Shown: piece after piece, positions 18,286 through 27,191 of the stretch
How positions within the stretch are numbered: position 1 is the stretch's first letter
Layout of the letters: every line of letters starts with the position of its first letter
Origin: an uncultured Anaerolineaceae bacterium
GTDB taxonomy: Bacteria > Chloroflexota > Anaerolineae > Anaerolineales > Anaerolineaceae
DNA length: 64,000 nucleotides
Direction: 5' to 3'
NCBI GenBank assembly: GCA_964453035.1
Contig: CAYVOX010000001.1
Coordinates: forward strand, 1,849-65,848
The notes under the pieces: generated by a model
What the model saw: only the letters and a program-made list of their open reading frames with translations
The model's database searches: none
What the model was told of the DNA's origin: nothing
Made by a program: the position numbers and the translations under genes

Positions 18286-18717
18286 ATGAAAATAAAAGCA
18301 TATTGGTGGATCTTCGTAATAACCTCGATTATCGGCATTTTGAACGGCCTGTACCTTACCTTGCTAAAACTCTCCAACAATAAAAGCCTCTGCATTCAAG
18401 GGGTAGGAGATTGCTGGTCGGTCAACACCAGCATTTATTCGCAAATTTACGGCATCCCTGTGGCGCTTTTGGGTACCCTCGCCTTCCTGACCTTGTTGCT
18501 GCTCTTTCTGTATGAGTCCAGGTTTGCTCTGCTGCGCGATTATTCCAGGCACATCTTATTTGGCATCAGCCTGGTTGGCGTTCTCTACTCTGCATACCTA
18601 ACTTACCTGGAATTTGCCGTAATCCAGGCCGTGTGCCCGTTCTGCATCCTATCTGCAATTTCTATGACGGTTCTCTTTATCTTATCGGTAATCCGACTGG
18701 CTCGCAGCCAGCCTTAA
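18286..18717 (+). CDS. Vitamin K epoxide reductase (VKOR) family membrane protein, stand-alone
   Basis: 143 aa with about 4 TM segments. Loop Cys pair CIQGVGDC and active-site CPFC in the last TM. No fused thioredoxin domain. Confidence 0.7.
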   Translation: MKIKAYWWIFVITSIIGILNGLYLTLLKLSNNKSLCIQGVGDCWSVNTSIYSQIYGIPVALLGTLAFLTLLLLFLYESRFALLRDYSRHILFGISLVGVLYSAYLTYLEFAVIQAVCPFCILSAISMTVLFILSVIRLARSQP

Positions 18718-18747
18718 TCAATCAACAAAATGAGGAGGTAATTACTG

Positions 18748-18981
18748 ATGCCGCGTATCCGCTGCCATTACTTGGACTGCCAGTTTATCGACGAAGGATA
18801 TTGCAGTGCTGCTGCCGTTGAATTCGATCCCGACACAGGTTGCATGACCTACTCACCCAACGCTGAATCATCCAACGAGGACGAGTGGGACGAAGAAGAA
18901 GAATTGGATGAATGGGAAGAACTGGAAGACGAGGAAGAAGAGGACGAGGACCTCTGGCCTGACGAAGAAGAAGAGTTTTAG
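18748..18981 (+). CDS. Small Cys4 protein with hyperacidic tail (DUF1540-like Cys spacing)
   Basis: 77 aa. SD GAGGAGG lies 8 nt upstream. The N-terminal 35 aa carry C-x4-C-x7-C-x12-C. The C-terminal 40 aa are almost entirely D/E/W. The terminator at 19056-19108 follows. Confidence 0.6.
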   Translation: MPRIRCHYLDCQFIDEGYCSAAAVEFDPDTGCMTYSPNAESSNEDEWDEEEELDEWEELEDEEEEDEDLWPDEEEEF

Positions 18982-19055
18982 AATCAATAAAATCTGAGCG
19001 CAACAACAATCGCCGGGGGGCTTCACAGGGTGTAGCAGGCATAAAGCCGGGTCCG

Positions 19056-19108
19056 GCAGGGGTGTGATATCCATCAAGACATGTTTTTCACACCCCTGCT
19101 CTTTTTTT
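19056..19108 (+). terminator. Intrinsic terminator
   Basis: Perfect 12-bp stem GCAGGGGTGTGA / TCACACCCCTGC followed by TCTTTTTTT. Confidence 0.8.
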
Positions 19109-19255
19109 CCTCAGGTTCGTCCTAAAGCTTTGTGGCTTTTTCCACCGCTGTTTCTGACATTCATCCTGAGAAATAGTGACTTAATATCATAGCATCACCC
19201 TGCAAGATTGATTAGGATAATAACAGTCCGAATTGTAAATACCAGGAGAACGAAA

Positions 19256-20326
19256 ATGAAAAAGCTTTCCCGCCGCGCATTCCTGAAAAAATCTGCCCTC
19301 GGTATTGGCGCATTCACATTGGGCCAAATGCTTGCCGGTTGCGCCCCACAGGCAACCCCTCTCCCGCCCACCCAGATGCCCCCAACTACGGCGCCCAGCC
19401 AGGCTCCTTCTGCCACTTTGCCTCTCCAACCCACCTCAACCTCTGCTCCCCTCGCCACCGATGCGCCGAAACCCACCGTCACCATCACCAGCGCGCCAAC
19501 CAGCACCTCCAACCCGCCGGAACTGGTCGTAGCCCGCGGCGCTGACCCCGAACAATTGGTTCGCCAGGCGCTGCTGGCAATGGGTGGTATTGAACGTTTC
19601 ATTAAAAAGGGTGCCAAAGTCGTCATTAAACCCAATATCTGCGTCGCCTACCACACCTACGAATATGCCGCCACCACCAATCCCTGGGTGGTTGCCGCCC
19701 TCGTCAAGCTGTGCAAAGAGGCTGGAGCAGCCACCGTTCGAGTTTTTGATTACCCCTTTGGTGGTACCGCCAAAGACGCCTACATCAAAAGTGGTATTGA
19801 TGCCCAGGTCAAGGCTGCCGGCGGTGAAATGGTCATCATGTCCGATTACAAATTCGTGCCCACCACCATTCCGCGCGGCAAAGACCTCAAGAACATCATG
19901 ATTTACGATGAGATTCTCAAGGCTGATGCCATTATCAACGTCCCCATTGCCAAGCACCACAATCTGGCGCGCTACACCCTCTCGATGAAAAACCTGATGG
20001 GCGTCATTGACGACCGCATTGGCATTCACCGCAACGTTGGCCAACGCCTTGCCGACCTGGCTACCGTCATAAAACCCACCCTCAACGTAGTAGATGCCGT
20101 CCGCACCCTCATGAATAACGGTCCCACCGGTGGAAACCTCGCGGATGTCAAGAAGCAGGATACGATTATTGTCTCCCCCGATATCATCGCTGCGGATGCC
20201 TACGCCTCAACCCTCTTCGGCAAACAACCCTACGATCTTACTTACGTTGTCGCCGGCGCGGCCATGGGAATCGGCAAAATGGATCTTAAAGCCATTCGCA
20301 TCCAGGAGATCAAAGTTGGCGGCTGA
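19256..20326 (+). CDS. DUF362 domain protein with twin-arginine/lipoprotein-type signal
   Basis: ATG 19256 follows AGGAGA. MKKLSRRAFLKKSALGIGAFTLGQMLAGC (Tat motif plus lipobox-like Cys). A Thr/Pro/Ser-rich linker, then a DUF362 core (VVIKPNICV..., KHHNLA..., MKNLMG). Confidence 0.8.
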   Translation: MKKLSRRAFLKKSALGIGAFTLGQMLAGCAPQATPLPPTQMPPTTAPSQAPSATLPLQPTSTSAPLATDAPKPTVTITSAPTSTSNPPELVVARGADPEQLVRQALLAMGGIERFIKKGAKVVIKPNICVAYHTYEYAATTNPWVVAALVKLCKEAGAATVRVFDYPFGGTAKDAYIKSGIDAQVKAAGGEMVIMSDYKFVPTTIPRGKDLKNIMIYDEILKADAIINVPIAKHHNLARYTLSMKNLMGVIDDRIGIHRNVGQRLADLATVIKPTLNVVDAVRTLMNNGPTGGNLADVKKQDTIIVSPDIIAADAYASTLFGKQPYDLTYVVAGAAMGIGKMDLKAIRIQEIKVGG

Positions 20327-20333
20327 AAAAGCA

Positions 20334-21884
20334 GTGGTCAATGCTAAGCGCAAGGCGCCCCGTCAAAACACATGGGTGCTCATCCGCAAATGGGTTCAGT
20401 GGATTTCACTGGCGCTCTTCATCTTGCTCTTCATCATGTCCAGGCGCGGCGGCTGGCCCGCTGAGCTTGTCAACCTGCCCATGCGCTTTGACCCGCTCAT
20501 CTTCTTCTCCAATCTCCTGGCTTCAAAAACCTTTATCCTCAGCGCCAGCCTCGCTCTGATCACCATTGCATTGACGGTTGTCGTCGGTCGAGCCTGGTGC
20601 GGCTGGCTTTGCCCGCTTGGCACCACCCTCGACCTCATCTCCCCCGCATCCACTCGCAAATTGCCTCCCCCACCTTCCGAGCAGTGGCGCAAAGTAAAAT
20701 ATGGATTGCTCACCACCATTCTTGTCGCCGCGTTCTTTGGCAATCTCACCCTGCTCATCCTCGATCCCCTTACCATCGTTTTTCGCACCCTCAGCCTCGT
20801 CTTCTGGCCCGCCACCGACCAGGTTGTTACCGCTTTCCAGTACGGTCTCAACCAGTTGCCTTTCCTTTCCGATGCCATGACCTCGCTTGATAGCACCCTG
20901 CGCGGCGTCATCTTACCCGCGGGCACGCTTTACTATCGAGATGCCATCGTCTTCCTGTTCGTCTTTATTGCCATCATCGCTCTCAACTGGATTGCGCCGC
21001 GCTTCTGGTGCCGCTATCTTTGCCCGCTTGGTGCCCTGCTGGGTTTAATCAGTAAAATCTCCATTTTTCGCCGCGTGGTTGGAGAGGATTGTAAGAAATG
21101 CGGTGTCTGTTCCAGCCGCTGCCCGACCGGAACCATTGATCCCGACCGAGGCTACGAAAGCGACCCAGGCGAATGCACCCTGTGTATGGATTGCCTGGAT
21201 GCCTGCCCCCGCAGTTCAATCAGATTGACCTCAGGCTTCAAACCAGCTCCCCTGCGCGAGTACGATCCCAGCCGCCGCCAGTTTCTCGTCTCGCTTGGCG
21301 CAGCGGTTGCAGGGTTGGTGCTCTTCCGCGGTGATATGCGCGCCAGGCGAGATGATTCTCACCTCATTCGCCCCCCCGGCGCGCTTGAAAACAAGCTCCT
21401 CAACAAATGCGTTCGCTGCGCAGAGTGCATCCGTGCCTGTCCCACCACCGCTCTGCAACCTGCTATCTTCGAGGCTGGCGTCGAAAGCCTCTGGACCCCC
21501 GTTGTCATTCCCCGCCTCGGCTATTGCGACTACTCCTGCAATGCCTGCGGCCAGGTTTGCCCGGTTCAGGCTATCCCGCCCCTCAGCCTGGAAGAGAAAC
21601 GCCTTGCTGTCATCGGACGCGCGTACATTGACCATAATCGCTGCATCCCCTGGGCCGACCATTACGACTGCATCGTTTGCGAAGAGATGTGCCCCGTGCC
21701 GGATAAAGCCATCAAACTGATAGCTTCAGAATATCAGCGCCCCGATGGAGAGACCGTCACCATCCTGCTGCCCGAGGTCAATCGCGAGCTGTGCATCGGC
21801 TGCGGCATCTGCGAATATAAATGCCCCGTCAATGGCGATGCCGCTATCCGCGTTTACGCTAAAGAGAAAACCAGCCTGTATTAA
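20334..21884 (+). CDS. Membrane-anchored polyferredoxin (NapH/NosR-type 4Fe-4S binding protein)
   Basis: Several TM segments carry CGWLCPLG and CRYLCPLG motifs. Six CxxCxxCxxxCP-type clusters follow. The start is ambiguous (GTG 20334 or TTG 20316); the listed ORF start at 20130 overlaps the DUF362 gene. Confidence 0.75.
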   Translation: MVNAKRKAPRQNTWVLIRKWVQWISLALFILLFIMSRRGGWPAELVNLPMRFDPLIFFSNLLASKTFILSASLALITIALTVVVGRAWCGWLCPLGTTLDLISPASTRKLPPPPSEQWRKVKYGLLTTILVAAFFGNLTLLILDPLTIVFRTLSLVFWPATDQVVTAFQYGLNQLPFLSDAMTSLDSTLRGVILPAGTLYYRDAIVFLFVFIAIIALNWIAPRFWCRYLCPLGALLGLISKISIFRRVVGEDCKKCGVCSSRCPTGTIDPDRGYESDPGECTLCMDCLDACPRSSIRLTSGFKPAPLREYDPSRRQFLVSLGAAVAGLVLFRGDMRARRDDSHLIRPPGALENKLLNKCVRCAECIRACPTTALQPAIFEAGVESLWTPVVIPRLGYCDYSCNACGQVCPVQAIPPLSLEEKRLAVIGRAYIDHNRCIPWADHYDCIVCEEMCPVPDKAIKLIASEYQRPDGETVTILLPEVNRELCIGCGICEYKCPVNGDAAIRVYAKEKTSLY

Positions 21885-21917
21885 TAGGGCGAACAACAAA
21901 ATCAATCCAAAATAAAA

Positions 21918-21949
21918 AGGTGGAAGTAGCTACAGTCTGACTTCCACCT
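21918..21949 (-). terminator. Stem-loop between convergent genes; T tract on the minus strand
   Basis: AGGTGGAAGT / ACTTCCACCT forms a 10-bp stem with a 12-nt loop. On the minus strand it is followed by TTTTTATTTT. Confidence 0.6.
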
Positions 21950-22011
21950 GCGGTTCCACATCCTGCTGAGATTATCACCCCAGAAAAAGAATTAACTGTT
22001 AATCATTTTGT

Positions 22012-22575
22012 TCACTTTGGCAGGATCCAGTAATCCTTCCCATCCCCCTCAGCCGTCCAGCCCGTCAAGCCATTCGGCATCTTGATTTTCCACCAGATCC
22101 ACCCCTCCGAACACGCCGGTCCATCCACCGTGTCGGCTTCCTCACCCGGTTTGATTTGCCCAATGATGGTTGATTTGGTGTTAGGTTCTTTGCGAATGCG
22201 GTTCGGTAAATCAGGATACAGGCTGGCGTACACTCGAATGCCTACTTTGAGGTGAGTTGGATAGGTATTCGGGCATACCAGCCCGGTTTTCGTTCCTTTG
22301 AGCGTGGAGGTTAGAGATGGCGTGATGGTTGCCTTCGGCGGCAACGTGGCAGAGAGTGTGGGCGTTACCAGTGTTGGCGTTGACTGGCGGGTTGGCAGAA
22401 CTATCGTAGGTGTGGGCGTCTTTGAGGGTTCAGGCAGCCAGCCGACTGCCCTCAACGCATCTGGCATAGCCCTCGCATCCACCAGGAACCAGGTTCCCAC
22501 CAGCACCAGGGCAAGCCCACCCACACCTGCGAAAATCAACAGAACTGCGCTAAGTTTCCTTGAGCTGTTGCTCAT
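22012..22575 (-). CDS. Membrane-anchored bacterial SH3 domain protein
   Basis: 187 aa. N-terminal TM, Thr/Pro-rich linker, C-terminal SH3b-like segment (GQIKPGEEADTVDG...GWIWWKIKMPNGLTGWTAE). Confidence 0.65.
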   Translation of the reverse strand: MSNSSRKLSAVLLIFAGVGGLALVLVGTWFLVDARAMPDALRAVGWLPEPSKTPTPTIVLPTRQSTPTLVTPTLSATLPPKATITPSLTSTLKGTKTGLVCPNTYPTHLKVGIRVYASLYPDLPNRIRKEPNTKSTIIGQIKPGEEADTVDGPACSEGWIWWKIKMPNGLTGWTAEGDGKDYWILPK

Positions 22576-22588
22576 TCCGCGCCTTTAC

Positions 22589-23467
22589 CTACTCCTTGCA
22601 GCAATCACAGGAGCACTTCTCCTCAACACCCGCCTTTTCCAAGGCGCCATCCACTGCCTGCTGGACGACGATGGCCATCACTTCCAGATCCTCTTCTTCA
22701 TAATCATTCGGCCCTTCCACGAAGAACGACCAGATATCATTGTGCAGGATCTTACCAGCAACCATGCCCGCGATAATGGTCACCAACACCCAGCTAAAGC
22801 TGCCAAAGAGGAATTGCAGTAAGAAGCGACCAAAATCAACCAGCCAGGTCAGCGAGGTCAGCAGGCTGATGCCAAAGACCACCCCAATCAGGATGCCAAT
22901 CATCTTCCAGTTGGGTTTTTGGCGTGCGTAGAGCGTCCAGCTCACCGAAAGGTCCTTCCCGACGGCATTGATGTGAGTCGCAACCGTCCCCGCGCCCGAT
23001 TGAATGGAGTGGAACAGCCGCCTCGCCTTGCCATTTGAGAGTTCCAACGGCGCCAACCGTGTTTGCGGAATCGGGCGAGCTTGCAACTCTGCGATGAAGG
23101 CATCCTCAACGGCTTTTTCCTTATCGCCTGCGCCTTTGTAAACTTCTGTCCAGCTCTCGATCTTCACGCCCAGGTTCTTGAGCGTGGGCAATGCCGGAGC
23201 CGCCGGCATAGGTGGAGGCGGTGGTGGGGCGTAGAAGCCCGGTTGCGGTGCCTGCTGCGCAGGAATTCCCTGGGGAGGCATCCCTTGCGGCGCAGGGGGA
23301 GGCGGCACGGGTTGAACGGGCGGCGGGGGAACTTCTACCGTCGCGGAAGGCGTTGAGACAACCGTTTGCGGTGCGGTCATCAATGGTTTCCCGCAGGATT
23401 GGCAATAAAGGTTTTTTGCCGGGTTCGGGAAGTTACAATTTGAGCAAATGATGGTGGGTTGATCCAT
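22589..23467 (-). CDS. Zinc-ribbon + proline-rich + two-TM membrane protein, unknown function
   Basis: 292 aa. SD AAGGAGG upstream. N-terminal CSNC..CQSC zinc ribbon, a long P-rich linker, a TM hairpin, and a C-terminal CSCDCC. Confidence 0.6.
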   Translation of the reverse strand: MDQPTIICSNCNFPNPAKNLYCQSCGKPLMTAPQTVVSTPSATVEVPPPPVQPVPPPPAPQGMPPQGIPAQQAPQPGFYAPPPPPPMPAAPALPTLKNLGVKIESWTEVYKGAGDKEKAVEDAFIAELQARPIPQTRLAPLELSNGKARRLFHSIQSGAGTVATHINAVGKDLSVSWTLYARQKPNWKMIGILIGVVFGISLLTSLTWLVDFGRFLLQFLFGSFSWVLVTIIAGMVAGKILHNDIWSFFVEGPNDYEEEDLEVMAIVVQQAVDGALEKAGVEEKCSCDCCKE

Positions 23468-23509
23468 GTGAAACCTCCTTGTTTCTGATTGATGGAATCG
23501 ATATGGGTC

Positions 23510-23941
23510 TCAACGCGTTCGCTTTGCGCCGCAGCGCGGGCAGAACTGTTGGTTGTTGTTTTCATAAGCAAAACCGCATTGCAAACAATACGTCGCGGGC
23601 GCAGCCTTAGCCTGGTCGGCGCCTTTCAAAGCCGGGCTGGTTGGGGAAGGGTATGTGGCGGCAGGAGAAGAACCTGTCGGATACCCTGCTTGAGGGTTCA
23701 CCAGCTGCCCGGTAATGGGATCAATCGGGTAGCCTGGCTGTGCAGTCTGCGTATACGGCGCTCTGGATGGACGCGCAGGAATATCTTCTGGTACATACGG
23801 CACGCCGTAGCGCCCTTTATCCGCAGCGTCGCTGTTCCCTCGCCCCAAAACCAGGTATAGACCAATCGCGCACACCAGGATGAAAACAAACCCAATCCCG
23901 ATCATCGCGAATGGCAGCCAGGCAAAGGCAGAAAGTTGCAA
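23510..23941 (-). CDS. TM + proline-rich + C-terminal zinc-ribbon protein, unknown function
   Basis: 143 aa. The TTG start at 23941 is preceded by AAGGAGG. One TM segment. C-terminal CLQC...CPRC. Confidence 0.55.
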   Translation of the reverse strand: MQLSAFAWLPFAMIGIGFVFILVCAIGLYLVLGRGNSDAADKGRYGVPYVPEDIPARPSRAPYTQTAQPGYPIDPITGQLVNPQAGYPTGSSPAATYPSPTSPALKGADQAKAAPATYCLQCGFAYENNNQQFCPRCGAKRTR

Positions 23942-24051
23942 AGCGCCTCCTTTTGTGCTGTCCGGATAGATGTGATTCCTTGCCTAACTTTACATCAAAT
24001 TAATAAAAAAAGCAATTAAGTGCGGTAACGTTTCTCCTGGCCCGCCCGGGG

Positions 24052-25953
24052 TTAGCGCCTGCCCGCTACGCGAAAATCTCCCTCGCGTCGCGTGATTCCT
24101 AGGGTATCCAGGTACTCCAGAAAACCCAGCACATATTTTCGGCTGGAGTTAAACTGATCCCTGAATTGCGCAACCGTCAGTTTACCTTCGCGGCTCAGGT
24201 GCTGCCTGACAAACTCAACCATCACGCCATAATCCCTGGATGCAAACACCACCTCAGGCGCAACCTGGATCAGTTCCCCACCTTCCAGCAATGCGCCGTA
24301 GAGTTCCTCGCCCGCTTCCTCCACGCACTCCTTGACCGATGGCGGTGTGAACGGCGCCGTGGCGAATTTGCCCATCAAGCGATCCACCACCTCTTTTTGT
24401 TGCGCCGAGAAACCGACCGTATGACTGGACAGCGCCACCAGCGCTCCCCGTTCCACCAATAAGCTGCTCTCTACCCACAGGCGCAGAGCGGCATTTAACG
24501 CCCGCCCCGAGAGCTTAAGTTTATTTTTAAATTCTTCGCGGCTCATCCCTTTTCGTAATGAGAAGGTCCGGTGATATTGCTCAAGTTCGCGCTGAGCCAG
24601 TTGTGTAAGCCTCGCCCACTCTATGGAGCTGACCATTAATATATCCGCTACCTCCGTCAGTTTACCCGGCTCCAACTGGATGAGGTCCCCGCCCTCAACC
24701 AGTTCTTCCAGGGCTTGCTGAATTGCCACCGGGGTCAATCGCGACCTGGCAGCTGCATCCCGGGCACTTACAATCCCGCTCACCATCCACGCCTGCAGTA
24801 GAACGTCGCGCGGTGAACCCACCCGGATCGACTCGAGCCGCTCGATCACTTCCTTAGCATTGCGTTTATACCGCTTGGCAGGATGCGGATCCACAACCTC
24901 GCCACCACCCAGCGTTTCCCCCGGTGATGGTCGCCGCAAAATATAACGGTCTCCTCTGGCAGCCACAACAGCTTCAGCCAGTTCTAACTGCAACCAGCCC
25001 TCCATCCCGGGTTTACATTCATCCAATCCCCCCAAAAGCCTCACTCTTCCCGTTACCTCCGCAGCCCCCAGAAAGAATTTCACCTCACTATTATGCTTTA
25101 GGCTTGCAGAAGCATCCCTCTGCATCACAAAATGTACATCCACCATCTGCGTCGGCGTGTACTTACCCGGGATGGAAAGAACATCTCCCCGTTTGATCTT
25201 TTCATGCTCCACGCCGCTGATGTTGACTGCCGTCCGGCTACCAGGCATTGCCGATTCCACCTTCGTTTTATGGGTCTGCAGGCCTCGCACCCGCCCGCGA
25301 TGCGTAGCTGGCAGCACCACCACTTCATCCCCCACCTTAAATTGCCCATCCAGCAGCGTGCCTGTCACCACCGTGCCAAACCCCGCCATCGAAAATACCC
25401 GATCAATGGATAATCTCGGTCGCCCAAAATCCGGTCGGATAGGCTGTGTTGCCAGGATTTCCGCCAGCTTGTGCTTCAGCTCAACCAACCCCGCGCCGCT
25501 GCGTGCCGAGACTCTCAGGATGGGCGCTTTTTCCAACACTGTGCCTTCCGCAGCCTGGCGAATATCCATTTCCAGCAGGTCAAACCACTCTGCATCCTCA
25601 ATCAAATCGCATTTCGTTAAAACAATGATTCCCGCAGGAACCTGCAGCAAGTTCAGGATAGCCAAATGTTCGCGCGTTTGCGGCATCACACCTTCATCTG
25701 CTGCCACAACAAACAAAACTGCGTCAATTCCCCCCACACCGGCCAGCATATTTTCAATAAAATCGCGGTGTCCCGGCACATCCACCACGCCTGCGGTTTC
25801 ACCATCCGGCAAGGTCAACCAGGCAAAACCCAGCTCGATGGTCATCTCTCGGGCTTGTTCTTCTTTCAGCCGGTCGGGGTTGATTCCTGTCAACGCGGTT
25901 ACCAGCGTCGATTTGCCGTGATCAACATGCCCCGCTGTGCCTATAACCCGCAT
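24052..25953 (-). CDS. selB: Selenocysteine-specific translation elongation factor
   Basis: 633 aa. GTAGHVDHGKSTL, DVPGH and TKCD GTPase motifs in an EF-Tu-like domain I-III order. A roughly 270-aa winged-helix C-terminal extension follows, as in bacterial SelB. Confidence 0.9.
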   Translation of the reverse strand: MRVIGTAGHVDHGKSTLVTALTGINPDRLKEEQAREMTIELGFAWLTLPDGETAGVVDVPGHRDFIENMLAGVGGIDAVLFVVAADEGVMPQTREHLAILNLLQVPAGIIVLTKCDLIEDAEWFDLLEMDIRQAAEGTVLEKAPILRVSARSGAGLVELKHKLAEILATQPIRPDFGRPRLSIDRVFSMAGFGTVVTGTLLDGQFKVGDEVVVLPATHRGRVRGLQTHKTKVESAMPGSRTAVNISGVEHEKIKRGDVLSIPGKYTPTQMVDVHFVMQRDASASLKHNSEVKFFLGAAEVTGRVRLLGGLDECKPGMEGWLQLELAEAVVAARGDRYILRRPSPGETLGGGEVVDPHPAKRYKRNAKEVIERLESIRVGSPRDVLLQAWMVSGIVSARDAAARSRLTPVAIQQALEELVEGGDLIQLEPGKLTEVADILMVSSIEWARLTQLAQRELEQYHRTFSLRKGMSREEFKNKLKLSGRALNAALRLWVESSLLVERGALVALSSHTVGFSAQQKEVVDRLMGKFATAPFTPPSVKECVEEAGEELYGALLEGGELIQVAPEVVFASRDYGVMVEFVRQHLSREGKLTVAQFRDQFNSSRKYVLGFLEYLDTLGITRREGDFRVAGRR

Positions 25954-25959
25954 CTTCCG

Positions 25960-27144
25960 TTATCCCTTGTTTGGACGTCCGAATACTCGTTCGTACTCTT
26001 CAATCCACTGGTGCGCGGCGGCCACAACGCTTTGCAGCCGCTTTTCCGAATCCTCGATCACCAGTTGCAACTGGTCGCGCAGTTCCTGAGTTAAATCCTC
26101 CAGAAGCACCAGCCGCTCGTTGTATTTCTCAAAACTGCGGCTCATCTCGCGCTGCTGTTCTTCCTGCGCCAGCGATGAGTTCGTCCACCGTTTCTGCACA
26201 TCTGATTTAAATGAAACCCACTCCTGCCTGAAACGGTCCTCAACCAGCCGCTGCATCTCTGAAATCTCGTTCACCCTGCGGTCAAACCGCCCGGTGATTT
26301 CCTCAAAAGCCTCCTGCGAGCGCTTAACTGACCGCTGCGTTGCATCCAGCGCTTGAAGCTGCACCTCCAGGTTGGTGGCCAGGCGTGAACTTTCTTCAAA
26401 CTTCGCCTGCATCTCCTTCCAGGCCCGGTCGCGCTCAAATTGCCACAAATTTTGCTTTTCAATAAAGGCTGCCTGGCTCTGTCTTCGTTCATTATCCGTA
26501 GCCTGGATTTCGCTCAGGCGTATTTCTGCTTTACGCAGGCTCTCGCTGTTGACATCAACTTTTCCGCGCTGCTCCTCTTGCCGTTTCCTCAGAGCGGTTA
26601 CCTCGGCCTGCAAGTCAGCCACACGCTTGCTTTCTTGCTTGTTGGCCTCATCCAGCATACGTAAGGTCCGCCTGAATTCATCGTCCGACCTCTGGTAAGC
26701 GACCAGCTTTTGTTCAGTTTCTTCAATCAGGCGGCTCAGCCGATAATCCTCCTCCACCCGCGCCTGGATATTCTTCCTCAATTCGGCAATCGGTTCCAGG
26801 TTTCTGCGCACTTCGGCGATGGATTTATTAATCCCTTCCAGATCCGAGCGATACGCTTTTTCCACTTCCCGGTCATGCTCATTGCGCGCTTTTTCAGAGC
26901 TCTCCAGGTTACGGGTGGCCTCTACCCTTACCTGTAGAATATTCGATTCAATTTGGTCCAAACGGCCCAAAATTGCCGTGATCCGTGTCACATTTGAATC
27001 AAGCTCTTTGATTTGCTGCGGTAATCCCGCCGTCCCCCCCTCAATGTTAGCCAGCCGTTCTTCCAACGTAGCCAGCGCCAGTTTATCCTTGCGGCGCTCA
27101 TCTTCCAGCCATTCCAGACGTTTCTGTAACTGGTCAAGATCCAT
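25960..27144 (-). CDS. Coiled-coil protein, unknown function
   Basis: 394 aa, almost entirely heptad-like charged/Leu-rich sequence (E/R/K/L/Q). No TM segment. It ends 6 nt before the selB start. Confidence 0.6.
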   Translation of the reverse strand: MDLDQLQKRLEWLEDERRKDKLALATLEERLANIEGGTAGLPQQIKELDSNVTRITAILGRLDQIESNILQVRVEATRNLESSEKARNEHDREVEKAYRSDLEGINKSIAEVRRNLEPIAELRKNIQARVEEDYRLSRLIEETEQKLVAYQRSDDEFRRTLRMLDEANKQESKRVADLQAEVTALRKRQEEQRGKVDVNSESLRKAEIRLSEIQATDNERRQSQAAFIEKQNLWQFERDRAWKEMQAKFEESSRLATNLEVQLQALDATQRSVKRSQEAFEEITGRFDRRVNEISEMQRLVEDRFRQEWVSFKSDVQKRWTNSSLAQEEQQREMSRSFEKYNERLVLLEDLTQELRDQLQLVIEDSEKRLQSVVAAAHQWIEEYERVFGRPNKG

Positions 27145-27191
27145 AAAAAATTCCTTCTAATAACAAGATGGCTTCAAATCATTATACCAAT

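Noticed and set aside
18868-18975. GAA/GAG-rich purine tract.
   Set aside because: It encodes the acidic tail of the 77-aa protein. The mirror ORFs on the opposite strand (18785..19042 and 18868..19077) are artefacts of the low-complexity sequence.
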